Shown piece by piece: positions 39,352 through 51,460 of a DNA stretch of 64,000 nt; position 1 is the first letter of the stretch; every line of letters starts with the position of its first letter. A program made the position numbers and the translations under genes. This DNA is from Squalus acanthias (lineage: Eukaryota): assembly GCA_030390025.1 (NCBI GenBank), contig CM059432.1, positions 125,800,001 through 125,864,000 of the forward strand, written 5' to 3'. The notes beneath the pieces are model-generated. The model saw only the letters and a program-made list of their open reading frames with translations. It was not told the origin of the DNA and ran no database searches.

Positions 39352-40981
39352 ATGCTCTACTCGCATCTTTCTCCAGTTTCTGTCCGAAATCCCCGCATGC
39401 CCTCCCCACACTTATCTTGTCCATGAGACCCACTTCCTGCTCCTTCGACCCAATTTCCACGAAACTGCTGAGCACCCAACTTCCTTTTCTGGCTCCCATG
39501 TTAGCTGATCTTATTAATGGTTCTCTCTCCTCCAAATCTGCCATCATCACCCTTCTCAAAAAAAAACTCTGGACCCCTCCGTCCCATCTCCAACCTCCCT
39601 TTCCCAAGTCCTAAATCCATGCCCATCTTTCTCAGAACTCCATGTTTGAATCCCTCCAATCAGGTTTCTGTCCCTGCCACAGTACCGAAACTGCTCTTAA
39701 ATTCACAAATGACATCCTACGTGACTGTGACAAAGGTAAATGATCCCTCCTCGTCCTTCTCAACCTGTCTGCAGCCTTTGACACAGTTGACCACTCCATC
39801 CTCCTCCAACGCTTCTCCTCCGGCATCAAGCTGGGTGGGACTGCTCTCGCCTGGTTCCATTATTATCTATCTAATCGTAGCCAGAGAATCAGCTGCAATG
39901 GCTTCTCTTCCTGCTCCCGCCTCGTTACCTCTGGTGTCCGACCGTGTCCCCCAAGGATCTATCCTTGGCCCACCCCCTCCTATTTCTCATCTACATGCTG
40001 CCCCTCGATAACATCATCTGAAAACACAGTCAGTTTCCACATATACGCTGACGACACCGAGCTCTACCTAACCACCACTTCTCTCGACCCCTCCACTGTC
40101 TCTAAATTGTCAGACTGCTTGTCCGACATCTAGTACTGGATGAGCAGAAATTTCCTCCAACTAAATATTGGGGAGACTGAAGCCATGGTCTTCGGTCTCT
40201 GCCACAAACTCCGTTCCCTAACCACCGACTTCATCACTCTCCCCAGCATCTGTCTGCGGCTGAACCAGACTGTTCGCAACCTTGGTGTCATATTTGACCC
40301 CGAAATGAGCTTCTGACCACATATCCGCACCATAACCAAGACCGCCTATTTCTACCTCCGTAACATAGCCCGACTCTGCCCCTGCCTCAGCTCATCTACT
40401 GCTGAAACCCTCATCCATGCCTTTGTTACCTCTAGACTTGACTATTCCAATGCACTCCTGGCTGGCCTCCAACGTTCTACCCTAAGTAAACTTGGTCATC
40501 CAAAACTCGGCTGCCCGTGTCCTAACTCGCCCCAATTCCTGTTCACCCATCAACCCTGTGCTCGCTGCCCTACACTGGCTCCTGGTTCAGCAACGCCTCG
40601 ATTTTAAAATTCTCATCCTTCTTTTCAAATTCGTATCTCTAATCTCCTCCAGCCCCACAACCCCCCCCCCCCCCCCAAATAAGATAACTGCACCCCTCTA
40701 ATTCTGGCCTCTTAAGCATCCCTGATTTTAATCACTCAACCATTGGTGACCATACATTCAGCTGCTAAGGCCCTAAGCTCTGGAATTCCCTCCCTAAATC
40801 TCTCCGCCTCTCTTTCCTCCTTTAAGACGCTCCTTAAAACCGACCTCTTCGAAAAAGCTTTATGGTCATCTACCCTAATTTCTTATGTGGCTCAGTGTCA
40901 AATTTTGTTTTATAACTCTCCTGTGAAGCACTTTGGGACATTTTACTACGTTAAAGGCGCTATATAAATACAAGTTGTTGT
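39352..40981 (+). mobile_element. L2 LINE, 5'-truncated and frameshifted
   Basis: LSAAFDTVDH, VPQGSILGP, FHIYADDT, AFVTSRLDYSN, QNSAARVLT; tail GGCGCTATATAAATACAAGTTGTTGT. Confidence 0.9.
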
Positions 40982-41667
40982 ACTATTCTATGATTACGGC
41001 GGAGCATCTCGGACAGCAACTTCCAGACTTTTGTGTTTAACCACGCATCTGCTCTCGCCTGATGTTGCTGTGGACATCATTAGCCTCAATGTTTTGACAG
41101 TAAATTCTGGTCTATTATAATAGACTATGGAGCTGGAGGGTGGAAAGTTTGCCAATTGCTGCCACGACTGAAACGCTCAGTTAAATGTTGTTCATACACG
41201 AGAAAGTATGGGATTTTGAGATAGTCAACTTCAAGTGATAGTTTCTAGCAACTGGGAATAATGCAGGAATCTTGAGTTCAGACATTATAAATTGCATGAA
41301 ACGGGAGCTATTAATAATCCTGTGAACGACAAGGAGATTATAGCCTTGAAGTTGAGTTCATCAAGCAATAAGCTACTAATTACTGTAAAACAGCTGCTGC
41401 ACATTACTGGAGTTCATACATGTGCTATTTAAAAGGTCGAGTGCCAATACGGGAATTATGCAATAGTATGCATACTCAAAACCTTTGCATAGCAACTATA
41501 TATAACATAGTCCCTCAATTTTAGTTTCCATTAACTTTTAGTTTCCATTAACTTAAAATAGAGATAAACATTAATAAACTCTCCAACCTAAATGGGGTCA
41601 TGCAATTGGACTGAGTTCTGAACACTGGCCTCTACACCACAGCACCGATGACATCAACCATTTAGGC

Positions 41668-42375
41668 AAGATTTAGGTGTCCTCGTGCAGGAAACGCAGA
41701 GTTAGCATGCAAGTACAGCAAGCAATTAGGAAGGCAAATGACATGTTGGCCTTTATTGCAACGGGGTGGAGTACAAGAGTAAGGAAGTCTTACTACAATT
41801 GTACAGTGCTTTGGTGAGACCACACTTGGAGTACAGTGCACAGTTTTAGTCTCCTTATATGAGGAAGGACATACATGCCTTAGAGGCAGTGCAATGAAGA
41901 TTCACTAGATTGATTCCTGGGATAACAGGGTATCCATGAGGAGAGATTGAGTGAATTGGGCCTATACTCTCTGGAGTTTAGAAGAATGAGGTGATCTTAT
42001 TGAAACATACAAGATTCTGAGGGGGATTGACAGGGTAAATGCTGATATTTTGTTTCCCCTGGCTGGACAGTCTAGAACTAGGGGACATAGACTCAGGATA
42101 AAGGGTCGGCCATTTAAGACTGAGATGAGGAGGAATTTCTTCACACAGAGGGTTGTGAATCTTTGGCATTCTCTATTACAAAGGGCTGTGGATGCTGAAT
42201 CGTTGAGTATATTCAAAGCTGAGATAGATAGATTTTTGGACTCTAGGGGAATCAAGGGATATGGAGATCGGGCAGGGAAAGTGGTGTTGAGGTTGAAGAT
42301 CAGCCATGATCTTATTGAATAGCGGAGCAGGCTCGAGGGGCCGTATGGCCTACTCCTGCTCCTAATTTTTATGTT
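41668..42375 (+). mobile_element. CR1 3' fragment
   Basis: FPLAGQSRTRGHRLRIKGRPFKTEMRRNFFTQRVV and the CR1 3'UTR. Confidence 0.9.
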
Positions 42376-43595
42376 CACCCAATCACACTTCTGCTGAATA
42401 CCAAAATACTGATCATCACCTGACATGGCAGCAAGAAGGGAACATGTGCCCTGTGCTTCTGATTATTCAGCAACACCTGCTGAAAAGTGCAAGTGTGGGA
42501 CAGAAATGGCTTGCCTGCAATTTCTTCCTAGAGAATAGTGTGCCAACATTCATGTCAGGTTTTCCGCTTCTGCCCCTCAGTTTGTGATTTTCCACCCATT
42601 CAATGAGCGGAAAATCTCAGGCTGTGGAGTACAGAAGCAGAAAATCCTAGCCTCGTTGTCTCGATTCACACATGAAGAATAGCTACTTGGGTGATGTCCT
42701 GGAAGGTGAGAAGCACCCAGAAGCCAATACCTTTAGGAAAAGAAAAATATTGCCAAAAGATAAAAATCAAGTCACCTATTATAAACAAAGGCATACTGGA
42801 GTAACAGAAGGGTTATAGAAGCCAAAACAGTTGAACACAACTCAGTTGCTTACTTTTAGTAATTTACAGCTTCCTAATATGGGCCCTCTGTATGGTACAA
42901 TACAGAGAGAATTGTGCAAGTTATGTTAAGTGCAGAAAAAAACTTCTCTGAACTTTCTTGAACTGCATTTAGTTGCAGAATCACAGGAAGGAAACTAATG
43001 GGTGGTTAAGAAGAATGGACTAGATAGACCAATGATCTTCTCTCATCCAAAACGTTACTATGTATCCTCTGATAATTAACGTTGTATGAATTTAATTTGG
43101 GTGAGTACGATACAGTTCCTAGTTGCAAGTCTACAGTGTGAAATTACCAATGTGTGCCAAATTATACACACGCTCAAAGAAACTACATATATGGCTGATG
43201 TGAAAATGTTGGAGAAAGGAGTGCCCTTCTGAGGTTGAGAGTTAAGGCACATTGTTGGGCAGTGCAAACATTTGAAGTAGAGGATGATACAGGACAATGG
43301 GATTAGCTTTAGCAAAGAACCAGCAATAGACACAATGGGGCAAATGTCCTCATTTGTGTCTTGAACTATGTTTGGGTAAAGCAAGCACTCCACATGTAGC
43401 TATCCTATTACCTGATTCAGTGTTCAAAGAAAAATAAATGCTAGTGGAAAAGTTTAATCCCTAGTGTTGATACCTTCACGTTGATGCACAGAAATTCATA
43501 TGTTCCAGCAGACAACGGACATGTGAATTTAAGCTAGTTAAGGAGATGTCAAACGGTTCCAGTGACAAACCCCATGATGCACAAGTATATGACAA

Positions 43596-43692
43596 TACAA
43601 CAGAAAATGCTGGAAACACTCAGCAGGTCAGGTAGCATCCGTGGAGAGAAAAACAGAGTTAACATTTCAGGTCTGAGACCCTTCGTCAGAAC
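43596..43692 (-). repeat. Solo PLE pseudo-LTR fragment with hammerhead core
   Basis: Minus strand reads AGTT-CTGACGA-AGGGTC-tca-GACCT-GAAAT-GTT-AACT. Confidence 0.75.
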
Positions 43693-45167
43693 TTTTTGCT
43701 ATTGTATATGACATTACATATACATATCATTTAAAAGCTAGAGTCTATAGAATAATCCCAAAATTAATATTTTAAATGAGACATCCACTGTCTAGTTACT
43801 TCACCCACAATTTCAAAGAGCAACACAAATGAATTACATTAGCTAGTTTAAAACTTTTAGCTAAGGGCTGCCTGGGCACACAGTCATTTTGTGCATCATT
43901 CCCATTCATATCACCACATGAAGGAGACATCTGCACAAAAATGTCTACTTCTAGAGAACAGAGCTATCAGCCAACATCAAACACACATCTGTTCTTTCAT
44001 TTAGGACAAGGTGACAATTCAGTAATGCATAATCGAGAGCTACACTTGACTCATCTAGATTTCATCCCATGTTTCCTACTTCTAAGTAGGTACTACCCCC
44101 AAACAAAGTGTCCAGATTAGAAAAATATGAAACACATTCTACTTGAACAAATTAGATCAAGCAGCAAAATTTTAACTAAAAAAAAAGGAAGCACACTTTT
44201 GAAATTACTACATCTTTTGGGCAAATTACAAAATGCTGCATTTCTGTGACATATTCCAAAACCCAGACAGCCTTCCCAGGATCCTAACAGATCCTAAAAT
44301 GTGTTTTTAGGATGTGGGCAACACCAGCAAGGCCACATTTTTTGCCAATATCCCTGGTTGCCCTGAGAAGATAGTAGTAGGCCACCTTTTTGAGTGAAGG
44401 CTGTTAGAACTGGCTTGCTAGGCAACTTCAGAGGGAGTCGAGAGTCAACGACAATGTGGGACTGGAAGCATGGGCTGGCCAGAATACGCAAAGGGTTTCA
44501 ACTTCCCTTATAGACACTGGTGAACCAGAAGGGATTTTTTTTTTACAACAACCTGCCATCACACATTGCCAGATGTATCGAATCCCATCATTTGCTATGC
44601 TACAGTTTAAATTCAGGAGTTCGGTACCATTAACATTGCAAGGGCGCTGTCTTCACTAGACATCTGCCTTGTAAGAGGCTAGCACCGGAAGCACGCTTGT
44701 TTCTCTTGCACATTATTACGCAGATCAGCAAATAAAGTTATCGTCAGAATGCATTTCGTAGGTTACACTTTTTAAAATAAAAAAAAATTGCACAAGTTGC
44801 GTAACTTTGCAGGAGAGCATGTTCTGAAAATTATGCACGTACTAGAAGAGCAAAACCTACGGTTTATTTGGACGCCAATATTTTTTTATAAATCGCCTTC
44901 AAAGACAGATCGAGCCCGTGCTTCAAAACTAGGCAGCACAATCCAACATGTACCCCAGTTTAAACTCGAGGAGCTCCATTAACTCAGCGAAAATCCTGCA
45001 CCATGGCGCAGAAACACACTCTACACCATATGGGAGTCCCTCCTTCCCACTCCCCTTGCAAAAAAAAAAGTATATTCTGTCCCCACAAACTTAAAATAAT
45101 AATGAATTGGCTTTTTTGGTTAAACAAAAATACTTGATTTTTTTGAACCCGCTGTACATCAACTCAC

Positions 45168-45720
45168 CAAGTTAGCTGCCAGCGATCTCACTCACACTCG
45201 AATCGGGCGTGTCAGCGCTGCGCTCACACTCCCGCCGAGCGGTGCAGCCTACTGCAGAGCCCCGCCCCCTCGGCCGGCTCCAGGCCAACGGCAAGACCTT
45301 CCACACCAGCAACGCTCGCGGCACCGCCTCCGTTCAAACCCACCAATCGCCGCCGAGCCGAGCGGTGCAGCCTGCTGCAGAGCCCCGCCCCCTCGGCCGG
45401 CTCCAGGCCAACGGCAAGACCTTCCACACCAGCAACGCTCGCGGCGCCGCCTCCGTTCAAACCCACCAATCGCCGCCGAGCAGAGCGGTGCAGCCTGCTG
45501 CAGAGCCCCGCCCCCTCGGCCGGCTCCAGGCCAACGGCAAGACCTTCCACACCAGCAACGCTCGCGGCGCCGCCTCCGTTCAAACCCACCAATCGCCGCC
45601 TTCGCAGCTGACGTCATCCTGGTTTGACCGCCAACAGGACACGCGAGGGGGCTTCGCCTCGCCTCGATTGAAGAGGATTCCCTGGGGGTAGCAGCCGCCA
45701 TGAGATGGAAGGAGGCGAAG
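45168..45720 (-). promoter_or_regulatory. CpG-rich promoter and probable non-coding first exon of the ZNF706-family gene
   Basis: The main CpG-dense stretch outside transposons, about 10 kb upstream of a coding exon that starts with an acceptor; minus-strand GTGAGT donors at 45167 and 45195; GC boxes, CCAAT boxes, CRE TGACGTCA at 45609 and YY1-like GCCGCCAT at 45694. Confidence 0.7.
45234..45600. repeat. Tandem repeat, 3 x 123 bp
   Basis: GAGCGGTGCAGCC recurs at 45237, 45360 and 45483; the units differ at only a few positions. Confidence 0.97.
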
Positions 45721-45918
45721 GTATATTGAGAGTTTAAGGCACGAATAGCGACTTCGGTTTTTATTTCTTTTTTTGCGGAGACTAGTGAACACTGTTGTAC
45801 AACAAGAACTTGCATTTATATGATAGCAAAATACTGCGGATGCTGGAAATCCGAAATAACAACAGAAAACGCTGGAAAAACTCAGCAGGCCAGGCAGCAT
45901 CCGTGGAGAGAGAAACAG

Positions 45919-45956
45919 AGTTAACGTTTCAGGTCGAAGACCTTTCGTCAGAACTG
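45919..45956 (-). ncRNA. Minimal type I hammerhead ribozyme motif (inverted arm, family B)
   Basis: CAGTT-CTGACGA-A-AGGTC-ttc-GACCT-GAAAC-GTT-AACT on the minus strand. Confidence 0.8.
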
Positions 45957-48437
45957 GAAAAAAGCAGGAAATGAAATAGATTTAAAGCGAGTATACTGCT
46001 GGGAAAAGGGGAGGGGAGGGGATGAGATGAAAGAACAAAAGGCAAGGTCAGTGGTGGGATAGAAAGCAGGAGAGATGAAGAGACATAAAGAGATAATCAA
46101 GGCAAGAGGAGGTGGTAATGTGACAGGTAGAGGCTAGATGAAGTGTGAACTGGGCTGGCAGAATGAAGGACAGCTGCCAGCTTCTGGGAGGGGAAAAAAA
46201 GGCCAAACAAAAGGGTGGATGAAAAAATAAAATAAAAACATACATATATATATATATATGTGATAGGGGCCAAGGTTATGATCTGAAATTGTTGAACTCG
46301 ATGTTGAGTCCAGAGGGCTGTAGGGTGCCTAAACGAAAGATGAGGTGCTGTTCCTCGAGTTTACGCTGAGCTTCTGTGGAACAATGCAAGAGGTCGAGGA
46401 CGGTGAGGTCAGAGTGGAGCAGAGAATTAAAGTGACAGGGTCCCCCTTACAGGCTGAACGGAGGTGTTCCGCAAAGCGGTCACCCAATCTGCGTTTGGTC
46501 TCCCCAATGTAGAGGAAACCACATCGTGAGCAGCGAATACAGTATACTAAATTGTAGGAAGTACAAGTAAATCGCTGTTTCACCTGGAAGGACTGCCCCG
46601 GTAGACCCATCGTATCAGCCTGTTCTTGCCCACGGAACTTATCTCTTCCTATCTCGACTCTTTTTTTCTCCCCTTGTCCAGTCTCTTCCCACCTACATCC
46701 GCGACTCTTCCGACGCCCTCCACCACTTTAACAGTTTCCAGTTTCCCGGCCCCAACCGCCTTCTTTTCACTATGGACGTACAATCCCTCTACACCTCCAT
46801 CCCCCACCAGGATGGCCTGAGGGCGCTCCGCTTCTTCCTTGAACAGAGGCCCAACCAGTCCCCATCCACCACCACCCTCCTCTGCCTGGCTGAACTTGTT
46901 CTCACATTGAACAACTTCTCCTTTGACTCCACCCATTTCCTCCGAATCAAAGGTGTTGCTATGGGTACCCGCATGGGTCCTAGCTATGCCTGCCTTTTCG
47001 TGGGATATGTGGAACACTCTTTGTTCCAGTCCTACTCGGGTCCCCTCCCTCACCTCTTTTTCCGGTACATTGATGACTGTATCGGTGCCGTCTCCTGCTC
47101 TCGCCCTGAGCTAGAACATTTCATTCACTATGCTTCCAATTTCCACCCTTCCTCACCTTCACATGGTCCATCTCCGACTCTTCCCTTCCCTTCCTCGACT
47201 TCTCCATCTCCATCTCTGGGGATAGGTTATTGACTAACATTCACTACAAGCCCACTGACTCCCACAGCTACCTGGACTACACTTCCTCCCACCCCGCCTC
47301 CTGGAAGGACTGTATTCCATTCTCCCAGTTTCTCCGTCTCCGCATCATCTGCTCTGACGATGCCACCTTCCATACCAGTGCTTCCGACATGTCTTCCTTT
47401 TTCCTCAACCGAGGATTCCCCTCTACTGTGGTTGACACGGCCCTCGAACGTGTCCGTTCTATCTCCCGCACTTCTGCCCTCACCCCTGCCCGTCCCTTCC
47501 GGAACCACGATAGGGTTCCCCTTGTCCTCACCTTTCACCCCACCAGCCTCCACATTCAACGGATCATCCTCCACCATTTCCGCCACCTCCAGCGTGATCC
47601 CACCACCAAATGCATCTTCCGCTCACCTCCCCTTTCAGCATTCCGCAGGGACCGCTCCTTCCGGGATACCCTAGTCCACTCCTCTACCACCCCCAGCATC
47701 CCTTCCCCTTCGCCCGGCACCTTCCCGTGCAAGCGCAGGAGATGCAACACATGCCCTTATACCTCCTCTCTCCCCACTGTCCAGGGCCCCAAACACCCCT
47801 TCCAGGTGAAACAGTGATTTACTTGTACTTCCTGCAATTTAGTATACTGTATTCGCTGCTCACGATGTGGTCTCCTCTACATTGGGGAGACCTAACGCAG
47901 ATTGGGTGACCGCTTTGCAGAACACCTCCGTTCAGCTCGTAAGGGGGACCCTGAGCTCCCGGTGGCCTGTCACTTTAATTCTCCGCTCCACTCCCACTCT
48001 GACCTCACCGTCCTCGGCCTCTTGCACTGTTCCACGGAAGCTCAGCGTAAGCTCGAGGAACAGCACCTCATCTTTCGTTTAGGCACCCTACAGCCCTTTG
48101 GACTCAACATCGAGTTCAACAATTTCAGATCATACCCTTGGCCCCTATCACATATATATATATGTTTTTATTTTATTTTTTCATCCACCCTTTTGTTTGG
48201 CCTTTTTTTCCCCTCCCAGAAGCTGGCAGCTGTCCTTCATTCTGCCAGCCCAGTTCACACTTCATCTAGCCTCTACCTGTCACATTACCACCTCCTCTTG
48301 CCTTGATTATCTCTTTATGTCTCTTCATCTCTCCTGCTTTCTATCCTACCACTGCCCTTCCCTTTTGTTCTTTCATCCCCTCCCCCTTTTCCCAGCATTA
48401 TACTTGCTTTAAATCTATTTCATTTCCTGCTTTTTTC

Positions 48438-48476
48438 CAGTTCTGACGAAAGGTCTTCGACCTGAAACGTTAACTG
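48438..48476 (+). ncRNA. Minimal type I hammerhead ribozyme motif (family B)
   Basis: CAGTT-CTGACGA-A-AGGTC-ttc-GACCT-GAAAC-GTT-AACTG; stem I CAGTT/AACTG; palindromic helix III AACGTT; predicted cut after 48471. Confidence 0.82.
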
Positions 48477-48703
48477 TTTCTCTCTCCACGGATGCTGCCT
48501 GGCCTGCTGAGTTTTTCCAGCGTTTTCTGTTGTTACTTGCATTTATATACTGCCTTTAATGTAGTAAAACGTTCCAAGGCGCTTCACAGGACTGTTATAG
48601 ACAACAATTTGACACCGAGTCCCATGAGATATGAGGACAGATGACCAAAAGCTAGGTCAAAGAGCTGGGTTTTTAAGGAGCGTCTTAAAGAAGAAGATAA
48701 AGA

Positions 48704-49163
48704 AAGACTTGCATTTCTATAGCGCCTTCTCACAACCACTGGACGTCTCAAAGCGTTTTACAGTTAATGAAGTACTTTTGTAGTGGAGTCATTGTTGTGG
48801 GCAACGTGGCAGCCAATTTGCGCACAGCAAGCTCCCACACACAGCAATGTCATAATAACCAGATAAACTGTTTTTGTTATGTTGATTGAGGGATAAATAT
48901 TGGCCAGGACACCGGGGATAACTCCGCTGCTCTTCTTCGAAATAGTGCCATGGGATCTTTTACGTCCACCCGAGAGAGCAGACAGGGCTACGTACGGTTT
49001 AACATCTCATCCAAAAGACGGCACCTCCGACAGTGCAGCGCTCCCTCAGCACTGCACTGCAGTGTCAGCCTAGATTTTTGTGCTCAACCCCTTGGGGTGG
49101 GACTTGAACCCACAACCTTCTGACTCAGAGGCGAGAGTGTTACCCACTGAGCCACAGCTGACA
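48704..49163 (-). mobile_element. tRNA-headed SINE inserted in an L2 3' end
   Basis: Full SINE copy; the flanks 48535-48700 and 49164-49275 match the reverse complement of the L2 3' end. Confidence 0.85.
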
Positions 49164-49434
49164 ATATAGAGAGAGAAGTAGAGAGGTTTAGGGAGGGAAT
49201 TTCAGAGGTTAGGGCCTCGGCAGCTGAAGACAGAGCCACTAGTGGTTAAGCGATTATAATCAGGGATGCTCAAGATGTACCATCTAACTGATAGGGTGAA
49301 CATTACATAGAATTTACAGTACAGAAACAGGCCATTCGGCCTAACAGGTCTATGCTGTTGTTTATGCTCCACGTGAGCCTCCTCCCACCTTGCTTCATCT
49401 AACCCGATCAACATATCCTAATATAAAAACAGTT

Positions 49435-49620
49435 AATGCTGGAAATGCTCAGCAGGTCAGGCAGTATACTGTATGTGGAGAGAGGAACAGAGTTAATGTT
49501 TCAGTTCGATGACCTTTCATCAGAACAGATGAAATCGACCTGAAACATTAACTCTCTTTCTCTCTCCACAGATGCTGCCTGGCCTGAGTATTTTCAGCAT
49601 CTGCAGTATTTTGCTTTTGT
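49435..49620. repeat. Miniature head-to-head pseudo-LTR palindrome
   Basis: Minus-oriented pLTR fragment directly joined to a plus-oriented one (GAGTTAATGTTTCAG...CTGAAACATTAACTC). Confidence 0.75.
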
Positions 49621-50703
49621 ATTAACCTATCATTCTATTCCTTTTCTCCCACATGTGCTCATCTAGCTTCTCCTTAAATGCATCTATGCTATTTGCCTCA
49701 GCCACACCATGTGGTAGTGAGTTCCACATTCTCACCACTCTTGAGTAAAGACATTTCTGCTCAATTCCTTATTAGATTTATTAGTGACTCTTATATTTAT
49801 GGCCCCTAGTTTTGGAATCCCCCACAAATGGAAATAATGAAAAATGAATGAAGATGGGTGTTTCCTTTTTATAGGTTGATATTTACTGTTTATAATACAT
49901 GTTTCTTTGTATAAAATGGTTACAAAAAGGGCTATTTATCCAGTAGGTAGCATGAATACTTCATTTTTTTTTAAAAGTTCCTGGGATGAGTGTGACACTG
50001 GGGCTGCAATTATTGCCCACCCCTAATTCCCCAGGGAAGGTGGGGGTAGGCCGCCTTGACAGATGTGGTCATAATCACAGTGGTGTTAGGTTGAGAATTC
50101 CAGGATTTTGATTCTGACGATTAAAGAATGGTGATAATTGGCCAAGTCAGGATGTCATGCCTTTTCTAAATAAACCAATAAGGAGGCACTGGGTGGATGG
50201 TATGTGACTTGGAGATGATGGTGCTACCTTGCCATTGCTGCTTGTCCTGTATGGTAGAGGTTGTGAGGTTCTATTGAGGAAAGCTTGCCAAGTCTCTGCA
50301 GTTCGTCCTATAAATAGCACGTCCTGCAACCATAGTGTGCCAATGTTTTATTGTTAAAGTCTGCAACAAGCTGAAACACTTTCCAAAGATGCGGCAAAAG
50401 TGCATTCGCTTCAAGGGAGAAAACGTAGATGCATGTTATCGAGGAAAAAATGATGAGTTTAAACTGAATGAATTTTCCAATTGGCTCACAGTCAACGCAG
50501 CATAGATACAGTTTGTGATTATATGTTATGGTTAAAAACAATTTCCCGACACTGCAGCATTAAGAGTTGCCCCTCTTTCAATCAGAGAATATTAGGTATA
50601 ATATTTAATGTGAGCCATATAAAGTGCAAATGATTCCTCAGTGCCAAATTGAGTAGTACCAGGCAGCCACAGCATAAACTCCACCTGGCAACAAGAAAGA
50701 GAG

Positions 50704-51080
50704 AACTTGCACTTATGTAACGCCTTTTACGCCCTCAGAACGTCCCAAAGTGTTTTACAACCAATGAAGTACTTTTGAAGTGTAGTCACTGTTGTAATGT
50801 AGAAAATGTGGCAACCAATTTGCGCACAGCAAGGGCCCACAAACAGCAATGTGATACTGACTAGATAATCTGTTTTAGTGATGTTGGTTGAAGGATAAAT
50901 ATTGGCCAGGACCCCGGGGAGAACGCCCCTGATCATCTTCGAAGTAGTGCCATGGGTTCTTTTGCATCCACCAGAGAGGGTAGACAGGGCTTTAGTTTAA
51001 CGTTTCATCCGAAAGACGGCACCTCCGACAGTGCAGAACTCCCTCAGTACTGCACGAGAGTGTTGGCCTAGATTTTGTGC
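50704..51080 (-). mobile_element. SINE copy lacking the tRNA head
   Basis: Core and tail match the other SINE copies. Confidence 0.8.
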
Positions 51081-51119
51081 TCCTCTCTGTAGTGGGATGA
51101 TAGCAAGATGAGTCACATG

Positions 51120-51284
51120 CAACGTTCCCTCTAAGCTGTGCAGCCGCGCAGCTGTCCACCGGTCCCACACAGCCCGGGACCGGCTTTTCCAATGTGAAAT
51201 TTCGCACATACGCGAAACTTTGAATGGGTCGTGCAGCCCGTTAAAGGGACCGCACACCCAAATTTAAAATTAGGGGGAACATTG
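51120..51284. mobile_element. hAT-like MITE
   Basis: TIRs CAACGTTCCCTCTAA / TTAGGGGGAACATTG; degenerate 8-bp TSD GTCACATG/GTCACGTT. Confidence 0.7.
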
Positions 51285-51315
51285 GTCACGTTACAATTCA
51301 GGGTTACTCCCACCA

Positions 51316-51460
51316 CTGGAAACATTCAGCAGGTCAGACAGAAGGTAGGGTTAACGTTTCAGGTTGGTGACCTTTCATCAGAACCTTTTAGATTTACTTT
51401 AAGGACTTATTTCAAGGTCCTTGCGAATGGTCATCGACCTGAAACATTAACCCTACCTTC
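51316..51460. repeat. Miniature head-to-head pseudo-LTR palindrome
   Basis: GAAGGTAGGGTTAACGTTTCAGGT ... ACCTGAAACATTAACCCTACCTTC; hammerhead core on the minus strand. Confidence 0.7.

Larger units (their letters stand above)
45822..48534 (+). mobile_element. Penelope-like element (Neptune-like), fold-back insertion, family B
   Basis: RT MDVQSLYTSIP..GVAMGTRMGPSYA..FRYIDD, CKRRRCNTC, GIY-YIG VYCIRC..LYIGET; inverted arms about 45857..46591 and 47798..48534; 14-bp TSD ACTTGCATTTATAT (45808-45821, 48535-48548). Confidence 0.95.

Noticed and set aside
45209..45815. Repeat-protein ORFs (160, 122 and 188 aa), or a CRISPR-like array
   Set aside because: A GC-rich 123-bp unit is divisible by 3, so it stays open in several frames; there are no unique spacers and the context is a eukaryotic promoter.
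50360..50505. Plus-strand exon partner for the MRWKEAK start
   Set aside because: A phase 0 join gives a stop after four codons, and the acceptor is weak.
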